From the IMG/VR virus record IMGVR_UViG_3300024496_000043, positions 1 through 54,527 of that record: DNA of 54,527 nucleotides, one strand, 5' to 3'. The notes under the pieces were generated by a model. The model was given only the letters and a program-made list of their open reading frames with translations, was not told the DNA's origin and made no database searches. This stretch comes from a virus (Duplodnaviria; Caudoviricetes). Shown in pieces: positions 45,688-54,526 of the stretch. Made by a program: the position numbers and the translations under genes. Numbering within the stretch: position 1 is the first letter of the stretch; every line of letters begins with the position of its first letter.

Positions 45688-46256
45688 TATATTAAACTTT
45701 TTTTTATCTTTTTTCTTGGCCAAACATTTAAAGAAAATCTTTCCCCAAATGTTACTTTATCTACAGAGTGTTGTATGTTAGAATCAAATATAAAAACACT
45801 ACCTTGTTTTTTTTCAACAAAATGCTCGTCTTCATTTAACATATATTTGACATAACCATCTGTATAATCGTCATTAAGTTGAACAATATATGTGATTGTT
45901 GCGCCATTTAATACTTCGTGGTTATCTGAATGCCAATCTAAAAAATCCCCCTCACAATATTGATTAAAAGAATAGCTAACAATATCTTCATATGTTACCC
46001 CATTAAATGGATTAATCTGGTTGGATAATTCTATTATTTTTTTAGATAGATTTTTTAATACGGGGGTATCAAGTGTATCGCCTATAAAATAACAACCAGT
46101 TCTTTTATTATTGTCATATTCAACATTTTGTTCAACAAGTTTACCATTAACAAATCGCGAAGATTTCATTCTTAATAATTCACTCGACTTACCCAACTGT
46201 ATTATTTCTTCACATTCGTCTTTTGTAAGAAACCCTTCAACATATTTTGTAAACAT
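45687..46256 (-). CDS. 2OG-Fe(II) oxygenase (prolyl-hydroxylase-like)
   Basis: WHSD...HSV...GERFSL. Confidence 0.85.
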   Translation of the reverse strand: MFTKYVEGFLTKDECEEIIQLGKSSELLRMKSSRFVNGKLVEQNVEYDNNKRTGCYFIGDTLDTPVLKNLSKKIIELSNQINPFNGVTYEDIVSYSFNQYCEGDFLDWHSDNHEVLNGATITYIVQLNDDYTDGYVKYMLNEDEHFVEKKQGSVFIFDSNIQHSVDKVTFGERFSLNVWPRKKIKKSLI

Positions 46257-46257
46257 A

Positions 46258-46911
46258 TTAAATAATCGATTTTTCTTTCTTTATATACTCAAACCCCACA
46301 TTACCAGCCATAACGATTCTGTCTATTGTTGATTTAGGAGCATTATTAGGTGCGTGTGGCATATCGCCCGGCATTATAATTATATCATCCTCTTCTGGTC
46401 TAATCCAGTATTCTTTATTATTATTACCCTTAAAATATAAAACACCATCGTAATCTTCCATCACATCTGGCATTTGAATATAATAAACATAAGTAAAATC
46501 TGGAACAAACGACCCCATTTGCTTATTGATGTCAGTGTGAACATGGTATTTGTCAACATCTTTTAATTCCCCGTGTTTAAATTGGATTTGGACTGGGTCT
46601 TGAGAGCGAACAACATTCACCCATGCATCGGTGTTAATTTTATTATATATTTTGTTTTTATCTTGATAAATCTCTTTACAAAGATCAATCCCCATTTGAA
46701 CTATTACATCTAGATTTGTTTCTATATTAATTTCACCAATAAAATTCAAATTATTGTTCCATTCTTTTTTGTAACCAAATCCATCTGTTTTCACATCTGG
46801 TTGGGAATCTATTACTGAATACGCTTCTTTTAATAAAATGGATTTATAGTCAACCTTATTTAATTTAGTTTTCCATATACATGTAGATTCATCAAAGTAA
46901 ATTTTTTCCAT
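46258..46911 (-). CDS. Putative 2OG-Fe(II) oxygenase
   Basis: AWVN, HVH, YVYY, PHAP, RIVMAGN. Confidence 0.7.
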   Translation of the reverse strand: MEKIYFDESTCIWKTKLNKVDYKSILLKEAYSVIDSQPDVKTDGFGYKKEWNNNLNFIGEINIETNLDVIVQMGIDLCKEIYQDKNKIYNKINTDAWVNVVRSQDPVQIQFKHGELKDVDKYHVHTDINKQMGSFVPDFTYVYYIQMPDVMEDYDGVLYFKGNNNKEYWIRPEEDDIIIMPGDMPHAPNNAPKSTIDRIVMAGNVGFEYIKKEKSII

Positions 46912-48118
46912 CAGTAATTAATTTTCTATTTTTAATCCCATTGTTTATGATGTTCCAAGCATCTATTGGGAAAATTTCTAAGAATTTCCACACCTCATTT
47001 ATCTTTATATCGCTCTTAATGTTATCCTGATTATCAATGATATCTAGTAATCTTTTTGGTTTATTTTTTCTAGATTCCATTACTTTTTTCCAAAAGAATG
47101 TCGTGTCTTTGTTTCCAAAATAATGGTAATAAATGAACAACATATTTTGGTTGTTTACTTCGTGAACTAAGTCATTATAATTTTCAGGTGTTTTGTTTTT
47201 CATTGTCATATTATAAAAAACAATAAGCTGGATCACCGTAGTCATAATTGATGTTGCTTCTAACGGTTCTAAAAACCCACCACTTAAACCTATCGCTATA
47301 CAATTTTTAATCCACACTTTTTCATAACAACCAGGTTCAAACTTTATTAATTTATTAAATTCTACGTTATGCCCCAAAAATTTGATCACCTCTTGTTTTG
47401 CTTCTTCTTCTGTGATTTCATTCATGTCGAATATATAACCACATCCCTTTCTGGTTTGCAAAGGTATTTGCCACATCCATCCATGATTCATAGCAATTGA
47501 ACGAGTTTTGGTGTATAATTCGTTTGTATTCTCATGTATGAAAAATGGGATCGCTGCATTAACTTTTAAATGCTCAGAATATGATTTCCATTTTGACTTA
47601 TAATGATTTCCAATTAACAGTCGTCTAAATCCAGTACAGTCAATCACAAAATCAGATGGAACGATAGTTTCACCTACTTTTAATCCAACTATTTCATCAT
47701 TATCATTTGTAATTGGTTTTTCTACTATTCCTTCGACCCAAATAACGCCTCTTTCGAGTGAAACCTTTTTCAAATATTTGGCAAATAGGCGAGCGTTAAA
47801 ATGAAATGCATGAATAGGTATTTTGCCTAGTTTGTTATATTGTAATGGATGAAAATAGCTATCGTTTTCATTCGTCCAATTTTCAAAATCTATACCAACC
47901 TTGAATGTTGCATCACAATTTTCTATTAAATCATTATCTGTTATCCCCAACTCATTTAATATGGTTTTTAGATTTGCAGTAGATCCTTCACCAGCCCCGA
48001 GTATACCAATTTCGTCCGACTCAATTAATGTAATATTTGAATTTTTAAATTTATCATTCAGATATAACGCACTTAGCCACCCAGCGGTACCTCCACCTAT
48101 AATGACAATATTATTCAT
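46892..48118 (-). CDS. Flavin-dependent tryptophan halogenase-family protein
   Basis: GGGTAGW, GAGEGS, IDCTGF, GWMWQIPL (WxWxIP), FLEPLEATSI; start trimmed to MNNIV. Confidence 0.85.
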   Translation of the reverse strand: MNNIVIIGGGTAGWLSALYLNDKFKNSNITLIESDEIGILGAGEGSTANLKTILNELGITDNDLIENCDATFKVGIDFENWTNENDSYFHPLQYNKLGKIPIHAFHFNARLFAKYLKKVSLERGVIWVEGIVEKPITNDNDEIVGLKVGETIVPSDFVIDCTGFRRLLIGNHYKSKWKSYSEHLKVNAAIPFFIHENTNELYTKTRSIAMNHGWMWQIPLQTRKGCGYIFDMNEITEEEAKQEVIKFLGHNVEFNKLIKFEPGCYEKVWIKNCIAIGLSGGFLEPLEATSIMTTVIQLIVFYNMTMKNKTPENYNDLVHEVNNQNMLFIYYHYFGNKDTTFFWKKVMESRKNKPKRLLDIIDNQDNIKSDIKINEVWKFLEIFPIDAWNIINNGIKNRKLITDGKNLL

Positions 48119-48333
48119 TATTTGTTTTTGTTTATTAAGCCAAATTTTATCCATTTATACCACACCCTTTCGTGTAAAAAATATATTACTGGTTTTAAAA
48201 TTAATTCACCAATCCCAACCATGCCAGCCCATTTTAATGGGAGTCCAGCTGAGACTGTTAATATAATTGTTGTTAAAGTCCCAATTAATCTATAACTGAT
48301 ACTTTTAGCTATGTGTCTTTTTACCAGTGGCAT
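48118..48333 (-). CDS. DUF2061-like membrane protein
   Basis: RHIAKSISYR...YFLHERVW. Confidence 0.7.
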   Translation of the reverse strand: MPLVKRHIAKSISYRLIGTLTTIILTVSAGLPLKWAGMVGIGELILKPVIYFLHERVWYKWIKFGLINKNK

Positions 48334-48670
48334 CTATTTCTCCTTTTCTAATTTTAGTTCCGCTTATTTCCGCAATTTCATTTGGTGGCTCATGATAAAT
48401 AACATCATATCCAACGCCCCTACCATAATTTACCGATTCAATATCTGGGATAATTGATACAAAAAGTTTATCCCAATTTTGTTGGAAGAAAGGCTCATTT
48501 TGTAGCATTGTTAAAACTTCATGCGCTGTTTTTGGGTTATTCTCATCAACTTTAACGTCTCTGATTGCTACCCAAACATTTTTACCTTTATCTAATTGTT
48601 GGCGAATAAGCCATTCATGGCCAGCGTGCCAATTTTGCCATCTTCCGATGTACATTGCATATTTCTTCAT
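48305..48670 (-). CDS. HxGH nucleotidyltransferase (cytidylyltransferase-like)
   Basis: IGRWQNWHAGH, ISGTKIR. Confidence 0.75.
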   Translation of the reverse strand: MKKYAMYIGRWQNWHAGHEWLIRQQLDKGKNVWVAIRDVKVDENNPKTAHEVLTMLQNEPFFQQNWDKLFVSIIPDIESVNYGRGVGYDVIYHEPPNEIAEISGTKIRKGEIDATGKKTHS

Positions 48671-49101
48671 AAGAAAAGTGTATTAAGTAATTTATTAGTG
48701 GATTCTTCTACTGATTGATCTGTTGTATTCATATCAAGATACCTTTCTGTTGGTGGTTCATAGTCATCAACAGCAAAATGCTCTCTACCTCTTGTTTCAG
48801 TGGTATGCACATATATTTCTACAACAGAATTCTCTGATTTAAATTTATCTCTCTGGTCTTTATATGGAGAAACCAAAGACACAACTACTGAATACCCTTT
48901 AGTATTCAAGAACTTAGCAATGTCTTGTGCTCTTTCGATATTCTTTCTGCGTCCAGCTTCTGAATAATCTTTATTTTTAAATACATCTCTTAGATGGTCA
49001 CCATCTATATGTATCGTTGTTGCTGCTGGGAGATGTTTCATTAATTCTAAAGCCAGCGTAGTTTTACCCGATCCGGGTTGTCCTGTAAACCAATATATCA
49101 T
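48667..49101 (-). CDS. cysC: Adenylyl-sulfate (APS) kinase
   Basis: WFTGQPGSGKTT, IDGDHLR, R..NI, VSPY, YEPP. Confidence 0.85.
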   Translation of the reverse strand: MIYWFTGQPGSGKTTLALELMKHLPAATTIHIDGDHLRDVFKNKDYSEAGRRKNIERAQDIAKFLNTKGYSVVVSLVSPYKDQRDKFKSENSVVEIYVHTTETRGREHFAVDDYEPPTERYLDMNTTDQSVEESTNKLLNTLFL

Positions 49102-49129
49102 GCATATAATATAAGGTTTTTTTCTTGGA

Positions 49130-50074
49130 TTACAAAATGTTTGGGGTGTTTTTTAACCAATCAATTTCGGCTTTTAATTCTTGTATTTTCTTTTCTCTAA
49201 TTTCTGGATACATCTTTAAATCATATTTAGAAAACCACACATGTTCGTATTCTAAATTTTCAACATGGTCAATTCTATCTGGGTCTTTTACCCAAAATAA
49301 TGCTCTACCTGGTGCTCCCTCGCTAGCTGAATCAACCTCAGCATATGACATGTAAATTCTATTCTCAATTGATTCAACTTTTGATTTTAATTTTCTTGCG
49401 CTGTAACCTAAAATACCTTGATCTGCAATCAACCAAAGCCACTCTGGAACATAATCATACTTTCTTGTGATAATATCTAAATGCTTCTTTAAGTAGTCAT
49501 TCCTTAGTTCTTCATTATTCATGAAAACAAAAGAAGTATTAGGTACCATCATATTTTGATTAAAATCTTCAATACCGCCGATTTCACGTATTTGTTCTTC
49601 AAATACAAAAAATTCACCTCTTTGAACTTCCCATTGAGTATGTACTAGATCATAATTTGTGATCCAAGACGGTAGTTTGCTTCTTACTATGAAATCTAAA
49701 TCAATAAAAAGATATGGAATTGGTTCTTTACCTATAACAATAGATTTACCTGTTGTCCAAAATCTACCTGGATTAACTTCAGAATATTCTTTGTTAAAAG
49801 ATTCTAATGTATCAACATCAATCTCATCCCATAAATCGATCATATTGTTCTTTTTGTAAAATTCGTAACCAACATTATCTGTATACAATTTAGTTGGTCC
49901 GATATGTCTTTTTGCTCTTCTTACTGCAGTTTCTTGTATTAATAATTCGTAATCTACAATTTCATAAGTTTCATTACTTAAATCAACTAATTTTAGTTTA
50001 TTATACCCCTGCGCGTCTTCCTTAAAGAAATATGGTTTTGTCCAGTTTACAAAAATGACTTTAATGTTATTCAT
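49130..50074 (-). CDS. DxD-motif protein, glycosyltransferase-like
   Basis: KLYTD, FWTTGK, FIDLDF, PNTSF. Confidence 0.55.
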   Translation of the reverse strand: MNNIKVIFVNWTKPYFFKEDAQGYNKLKLVDLSNETYEIVDYELLIQETAVRRAKRHIGPTKLYTDNVGYEFYKKNNMIDLWDEIDVDTLESFNKEYSEVNPGRFWTTGKSIVIGKEPIPYLFIDLDFIVRSKLPSWITNYDLVHTQWEVQRGEFFVFEEQIREIGGIEDFNQNMMVPNTSFVFMNNEELRNDYLKKHLDIITRKYDYVPEWLWLIADQGILGYSARKLKSKVESIENRIYMSYAEVDSASEGAPGRALFWVKDPDRIDHVENLEYEHVWFSKYDLKMYPEIREKKIQELKAEIDWLKNTPNIL

Positions 50075-50846
50075 GTATGAAATATAAGTTTTTTTTAATT
50101 AATTTTGAAATAAATTTATTTAAATCTTTCTGATTGAAATGTGTTTCGTATTTGGCATCACAAACTAAAGGCTCAAATCTATAAACATACTCTTCTAATG
50201 TACTAACAAGCTTTTTTGTATATTCAACAAAAGCCATTTCTTCTGTTGCTATTCCTATTTCATGTTCATAACTAATTGATATTAAATCATTTATGATGCT
50301 GGCGTTGCTACAATATATGAAACCAGCATTGGGGGTAACAAAACTATTGCCCCATTCATAGTGATGTTTTTGTAAAAATATTTGTTGCTTTAATACATAT
50401 TTTTTACGCTCACTATCTAACAACTCACCCCATTCGTTTAAAATAATGTCAGAATAATTTTTTGGATACAGATAAAGTGGCATTTGTATCTCTTGATCTT
50501 GAAGTTTGAGTAAATAAAAAAAATCTTTATCTATGGGTTTTAATTGTTTGCAATCCCAGTCTAAAAAAATAACCTCTTCAAACATTTTTATACCCATCTT
50601 AATAGCCTCTAATTTATGAATCATATATGTACTTGAGTTATACAAATAATGATCCCCATATTCAGTGGGGTTGTCACTCATTAGTATCGTTTCATAACCA
50701 AGTGATTTAATAAATTTGTTGTTTTCTACTCCCCAAACATAAACCATTTCATTTAAATTTTTATTTTTAGAAACTTCAATAATTTCATGTTTGTGTCTCT
50801 CGTTGAAGTTACTCAAATCCCCCCAAAATGCTCTTATAAATTTCAT
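50067..50846 (-). CDS. DxD-motif protein, glycosyltransferase-like
   Basis: HK..., EVIFLDWD, PNAGF; paralog of 50852-51619. Confidence 0.55.
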   Translation of the reverse strand: MKFIRAFWGDLSNFNERHKHEIIEVSKNKNLNEMVYVWGVENNKFIKSLGYETILMSDNPTEYGDHYLYNSSTYMIHKLEAIKMGIKMFEEVIFLDWDCKQLKPIDKDFFYLLKLQDQEIQMPLYLYPKNYSDIILNEWGELLDSERKKYVLKQQIFLQKHHYEWGNSFVTPNAGFIYCSNASIINDLISISYEHEIGIATEEMAFVEYTKKLVSTLEEYVYRFEPLVCDAKYETHFNQKDLNKFISKLIKKNLYFIHE

Positions 50847-50851
50847 ATTAA

Positions 50852-51619
50852 TTACTTGTGTTTAAAATAAACATCTTTAATAATGTACGCTTTTTTATAA
50901 TCCATCAATTTTTGTTCTTCATTGTCCCACCAATCATACCCAGATTCTTTAGTACCAATAACCATCGGTTCAATATACATTACATATTCGTTAACTTTAA
51001 AATTTTTATAATGATACGCAACTGATAATTCATCAGGGACACTTTCCATATTTTGCTCTTGAATAATTGCCAACAATCTATCGGCTATTTTTATATCGTT
51101 ACAATATATAAATCCGGTATTTGGTAATATAAAATTATCACCTAAATTATAGGCATATTTTCTAATAGACTTTTCTAAAACATTAAAAAAATTAACCATC
51201 TTATAATCATGTGTGGATTCCTTTAAAAATGTGAATGCGTTGCTTGGATAAACATATAATGGAACCTGTAATGAAGAACCCTTTGATTTTATTAAGTCAT
51301 AAAAATTGTCATCTAATTCTTTGACTTTTCTAACGTCCCAATCTAAAAATATGACTTCTTTATATTGTTCTAATGCTATCTTTAATCCAACTATTTTATG
51401 TGTTAAACTTCGGTAATCAACAAATGTATGGCCAGAAGCAATTGTATAATCGTAACTATTTTCATTAATTAGGTAACATTCATAACCCATTTCATTTAAT
51501 ATTGTATAGTTTTCTTTACCCCACACATAAACCATTTCATTTAGGTTATCTTCTTTAGCTTCTTTAATTTGATTATGATACCTATTAATGTCCCCCCAAA
51601 ATATTCTAACAAATCTCAT
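50852..51619 (-). CDS. DxD-motif protein, glycosyltransferase-like
   Basis: FWGD, NEMVYVWG, EVIFLDWD, PNTGF. Confidence 0.55.
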   Translation of the reverse strand: MRFVRIFWGDINRYHNQIKEAKEDNLNEMVYVWGKENYTILNEMGYECYLINENSYDYTIASGHTFVDYRSLTHKIVGLKIALEQYKEVIFLDWDVRKVKELDDNFYDLIKSKGSSLQVPLYVYPSNAFTFLKESTHDYKMVNFFNVLEKSIRKYAYNLGDNFILPNTGFIYCNDIKIADRLLAIIQEQNMESVPDELSVAYHYKNFKVNEYVMYIEPMVIGTKESGYDWWDNEEQKLMDYKKAYIIKDVYFKHK

Positions 51620-52307
51620 TCTCTAAATAATTTATAATTCTATCCGCAATATGTGTGTGGCCAGTTTCATTAGGGTGCTTATCGTTTTTGTCTGACCCTT
51701 TATTACTATCTGATAATGTTAATTTATTCTCCGACACATATTCAATTATAGCATAGTTTTTATCATTAGTTGATGTGGGAAAATTAATTTTGTTTAGACT
51801 TTCAAATCGATCAAACTTGTTGTCTAAGAAAAGATATACATACTTTATTCCAATCTTTTTTTCTAATAATTGCATCAAATGATTAACTTTTCTAAATTTA
51901 AAATCTAATGTATAATCCCCCCAGTTATTAATATAATCAATTAATATTTCAATTTGATTGTCGGTCATAGGATATTTTTCTCTGCCGCCACCCCAAGCAT
52001 TAAAGACATCAACAGTTTCCCTTACTGTTTTGCCAATACCAGCAGATGTATAATAAAAATTATTATCTAATATATAACCCTCTCTATTACCTGAAGTAAA
52101 TTGATATATGATTAAATCGTTTTTGTTGAATTCTAACGAATCAATCAGCAATTTTTCATATATTAAATTATGGCACATTGCTGGAAAAGAATTGTTTTTA
52201 TATTCAACGTTTAAGTGTCTGGCTATTTTATTTGTATATGTTTCGTTTTCATCAATCCAAAAATTGTATGAAAATGAACAACCGTATGTATAGATTTTAT
52301 TTATCAT
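51606..52307 (-). CDS. SGNH-like protein
   Basis: YGCSFS, DKHPNETGH. Confidence 0.6.
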   Translation of the reverse strand: MINKIYTYGCSFSYNFWIDENETYTNKIARHLNVEYKNNSFPAMCHNLIYEKLLIDSLEFNKNDLIIYQFTSGNREGYILDNNFYYTSAGIGKTVRETVDVFNAWGGGREKYPMTDNQIEILIDYINNWGDYTLDFKFRKVNHLMQLLEKKIGIKYVYLFLDNKFDRFESLNKINFPTSTNDKNYAIIEYVSENKLTLSDSNKGSDKNDKHPNETGHTHIADRIINYLENEIC

Positions 52308-52310
52308 TTA

Positions 52311-52880
52311 TTATATTGAGCATTTTTTTAATGCATATGATAAAGCGATTCCTTCGGCATTATCATAGCTAGGATATGTTGGATTTTTTAATGACATCTT
52401 TCTGAACAATGGTTGAATATTTTTAAGATGTTTAACTAAGCAATTAGCGTCAATATCTTTAGAAAAGAATAATTCTGTTTCTCTGATTGCCACTAATTCT
52501 GTGTAATCTATATCCGGTTCTGACCAATCTTCTATTAATGGATTAAAAAATTCATATTGAAGATAGTCTTTGAGGTGATTACCAAACGGCCAATGCGATT
52601 TAAAATAAAATTTATTTGTTTTTACAAAATCGAAATTAACCTCAGATGTCTTAGTTATGTCAACATAAAAAACATCCCTTTTGAATTTATTGACCATATT
52701 CAAGCTGAAGTATAGTTTATCAAAATATGAAAATTTATCATTCATATATTTCTCGTAATAAAAAATATTTTTAGTTTCAATATCGCTTAATAAGCATATG
52801 TCATATGATTTAAAAAAATCTAACGCTTCTTTTAATTTATCATTATAATGCTCCCCAACTGAAACTAATGCTATTATCAT
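52311..52880 (-). CDS. Hypothetical, GT-A-like fragment
   Basis: FSYFDK, FYVD, AEG..LSYA. Confidence 0.45.
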   Translation of the reverse strand: MIIALVSVGEHYNDKLKEALDFFKSYDICLLSDIETKNIFYYEKYMNDKFSYFDKLYFSLNMVNKFKRDVFYVDITKTSEVNFDFVKTNKFYFKSHWPFGNHLKDYLQYEFFNPLIEDWSEPDIDYTELVAIRETELFFSKDIDANCLVKHLKNIQPLFRKMSLKNPTYPSYDNAEGIALSYALKKCSI

Positions 52881-53617
52881 ATTAATGATTTTTTTGTAAT
52901 ATTATCACCATCTTGTATATTAAAGTTTATTACACATCTATGAGTTTTTCCATAAAATGGTTTAACAGAATGTACAATATCGTATGGCCATATCATTAAT
53001 AAACCCTTCTTAGGCTTTATAAAATGAGACATACCTCTAACATGAAACGTAAATACACCACTATATGGATGATCCGCGATTGGGTTACCATCACTGAGAT
53101 AATACCCACCTACAAAACTTAAACTAGTTTCTTCGTCCGGAGACCATCTACAATGATTATGTTGATTGTGTCCTCTACCTGATGTTGGGGCATAATATTG
53201 AATCCAGCTCTCAGTAATATTTGGATTATTATTATGTAAAAAATCTAATTTATTTAACATATCTATATAACCTTCTTCACATCTTTTACGGATAGTTTTA
53301 ATTGATTCTTCGGGTCTATCTAAGAAATCGTTAGGTGGAACAGCAAATCTGCTACCTATTGGGTTGAACTCTGTGGGTTCTACCCACATATCTCTATTAT
53401 TATAGTTTATCTCATATGTTGATTGTCGTTCAAAATCGTAAACTTCCGGTAACTCTTGTCCCATTCTTTTTTGTTCTTCGCTTAGTTCGTTAAACCCAAT
53501 ATTATATACTTCGTCATGCAGATCGTGGTCATCAAACTGTTTAACATATAAAGGTATAGGAGCTAAATGAAAAATGTTTTCCTGATGTGTGTTTATTATT
53601 GGATTTTTAAAATACAT
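52877..53617 (-). CDS. Putative 2OG-Fe(II) oxygenase
   Basis: ESWIQYY, HNH, YYL, WP..IVHSV, RCVINFN. Confidence 0.75.
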   Translation of the reverse strand: MYFKNPIINTHQENIFHLAPIPLYVKQFDDHDLHDEVYNIGFNELSEEQKRMGQELPEVYDFERQSTYEINYNNRDMWVEPTEFNPIGSRFAVPPNDFLDRPEESIKTIRKRCEEGYIDMLNKLDFLHNNNPNITESWIQYYAPTSGRGHNQHNHCRWSPDEETSLSFVGGYYLSDGNPIADHPYSGVFTFHVRGMSHFIKPKKGLLMIWPYDIVHSVKPFYGKTHRCVINFNIQDGDNITKKSLI

Positions 53618-53620
53618 AAC

Positions 53621-53737
53621 TTAATGTTTATAAGTGAATGGATCTCGTTTTTTAAGTTCCTTTATTTTTTTTTCAAATCTTTTTTTCTTTTTATAGTCTT
53701 GAATTTTGTTTAAAATCCATTGAATTAGTCTTTTCAT
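53621..53737 (-). CDS. Small basic protein (38 aa)
   Basis: Manual: MKRLIQWILNKIQDYKKKKRFEKKIKELKKRDPFTYKH; ATGA overlap with upstream gene. Confidence 0.6.
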   Translation of the reverse strand: MKRLIQWILNKIQDYKKKKRFEKKIKELKKRDPFTYKH

Positions 53738-54414
53738 ATTAGTTTCTTTTCTTTGTAGTTATATTTTATTTTTTCGTTTATTACATCTAAAAAATAATTA
53801 GCCTGCACTATGTGACCTTTAGTTGCAAAATGATAATCAACAATTTTACCGTTTGTTTCGTCAAAAATTCTTGTAGCGCCATGTTGCTCCCTTAATACCA
53901 TTAAAAAATTATCATGATTAGGTATTGTTTTATCAAATGACCATATTAATAATTTCATGCCGATTAGGTCACATATTTTTTTAATTAATTTTTCCCAACT
54001 AATAAGTTCATCAACCCATTTTTGTTCCATTCTATTAACAAGTATTTCTTCTATACTTTTCGAACATATACCATCTATTAATTTTTCTGGAATAAAACCA
54101 GGACCGACCCTCACAAAATCATTTATTTTATTATTAACTAGCCTAAATCTTTCTTTATATGACCATCCGATTATCACAACATCACCTTTTTTGAAGCTAT
54201 CAACGTTATCACAAAATGAATGAAATATTTCATAGTTTGATGATCCCCCAATAGCCACATTATTTAAGTTAAGACCTAATTTTTCTGAAAGTAATTCGGG
54301 CCATGTCTTAGGAAATTTACCACCATTATATTCCTTATATTGATCAAATTCTTTTCTGTCAGAACGTTCATAAAATGCTGTATATGAGCACCCAAAAGTG
54401 TGTAATGTATTCAT
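53734..54414 (-). CDS. SGNH-like protein
   Basis: FGCSYT, WP, NVAIGGSSN, DYHF. Confidence 0.65.
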   Translation of the reverse strand: MNTLHTFGCSYTAFYERSDRKEFDQYKEYNGGKFPKTWPELLSEKLGLNLNNVAIGGSSNYEIFHSFCDNVDSFKKGDVVIIGWSYKERFRLVNNKINDFVRVGPGFIPEKLIDGICSKSIEEILVNRMEQKWVDELISWEKLIKKICDLIGMKLLIWSFDKTIPNHDNFLMVLREQHGATRIFDETNGKIVDYHFATKGHIVQANYFLDVINEKIKYNYKEKKLI

Positions 54415-54415
54415 T

Positions 54416-54526
54416 CTAAATTAATTTAATATTTTCTATAGTATGTAAATTAATTGGTAATGGCATTGAATTTATGATAGTTGTCCATTTTTTTACATAT
54501 TCATATGTGCTTTCATTTAAAGATAA
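54416..54526 (-). CDS. 3' end of a gene starting beyond the window
   Basis: Manual: ...LSLNESTYEYVKKWTTIINSMPLPINLHTIENIKLI*. Confidence 0.55.
   Translation of the reverse strand, partial: LSLNESTYEYVKKWTTIINSMPLPINLHTIENIKLI

Noticed and set aside
102-54372. Numerous 60-160 aa ORFs antisense or out of frame to longer genes (e.g. 102-365, 21983-22315, 34191-34676, 38577-39053)
   Set aside because: Fully nested in well-supported genes, often with non-ATG starts and no motifs; shadow ORFs
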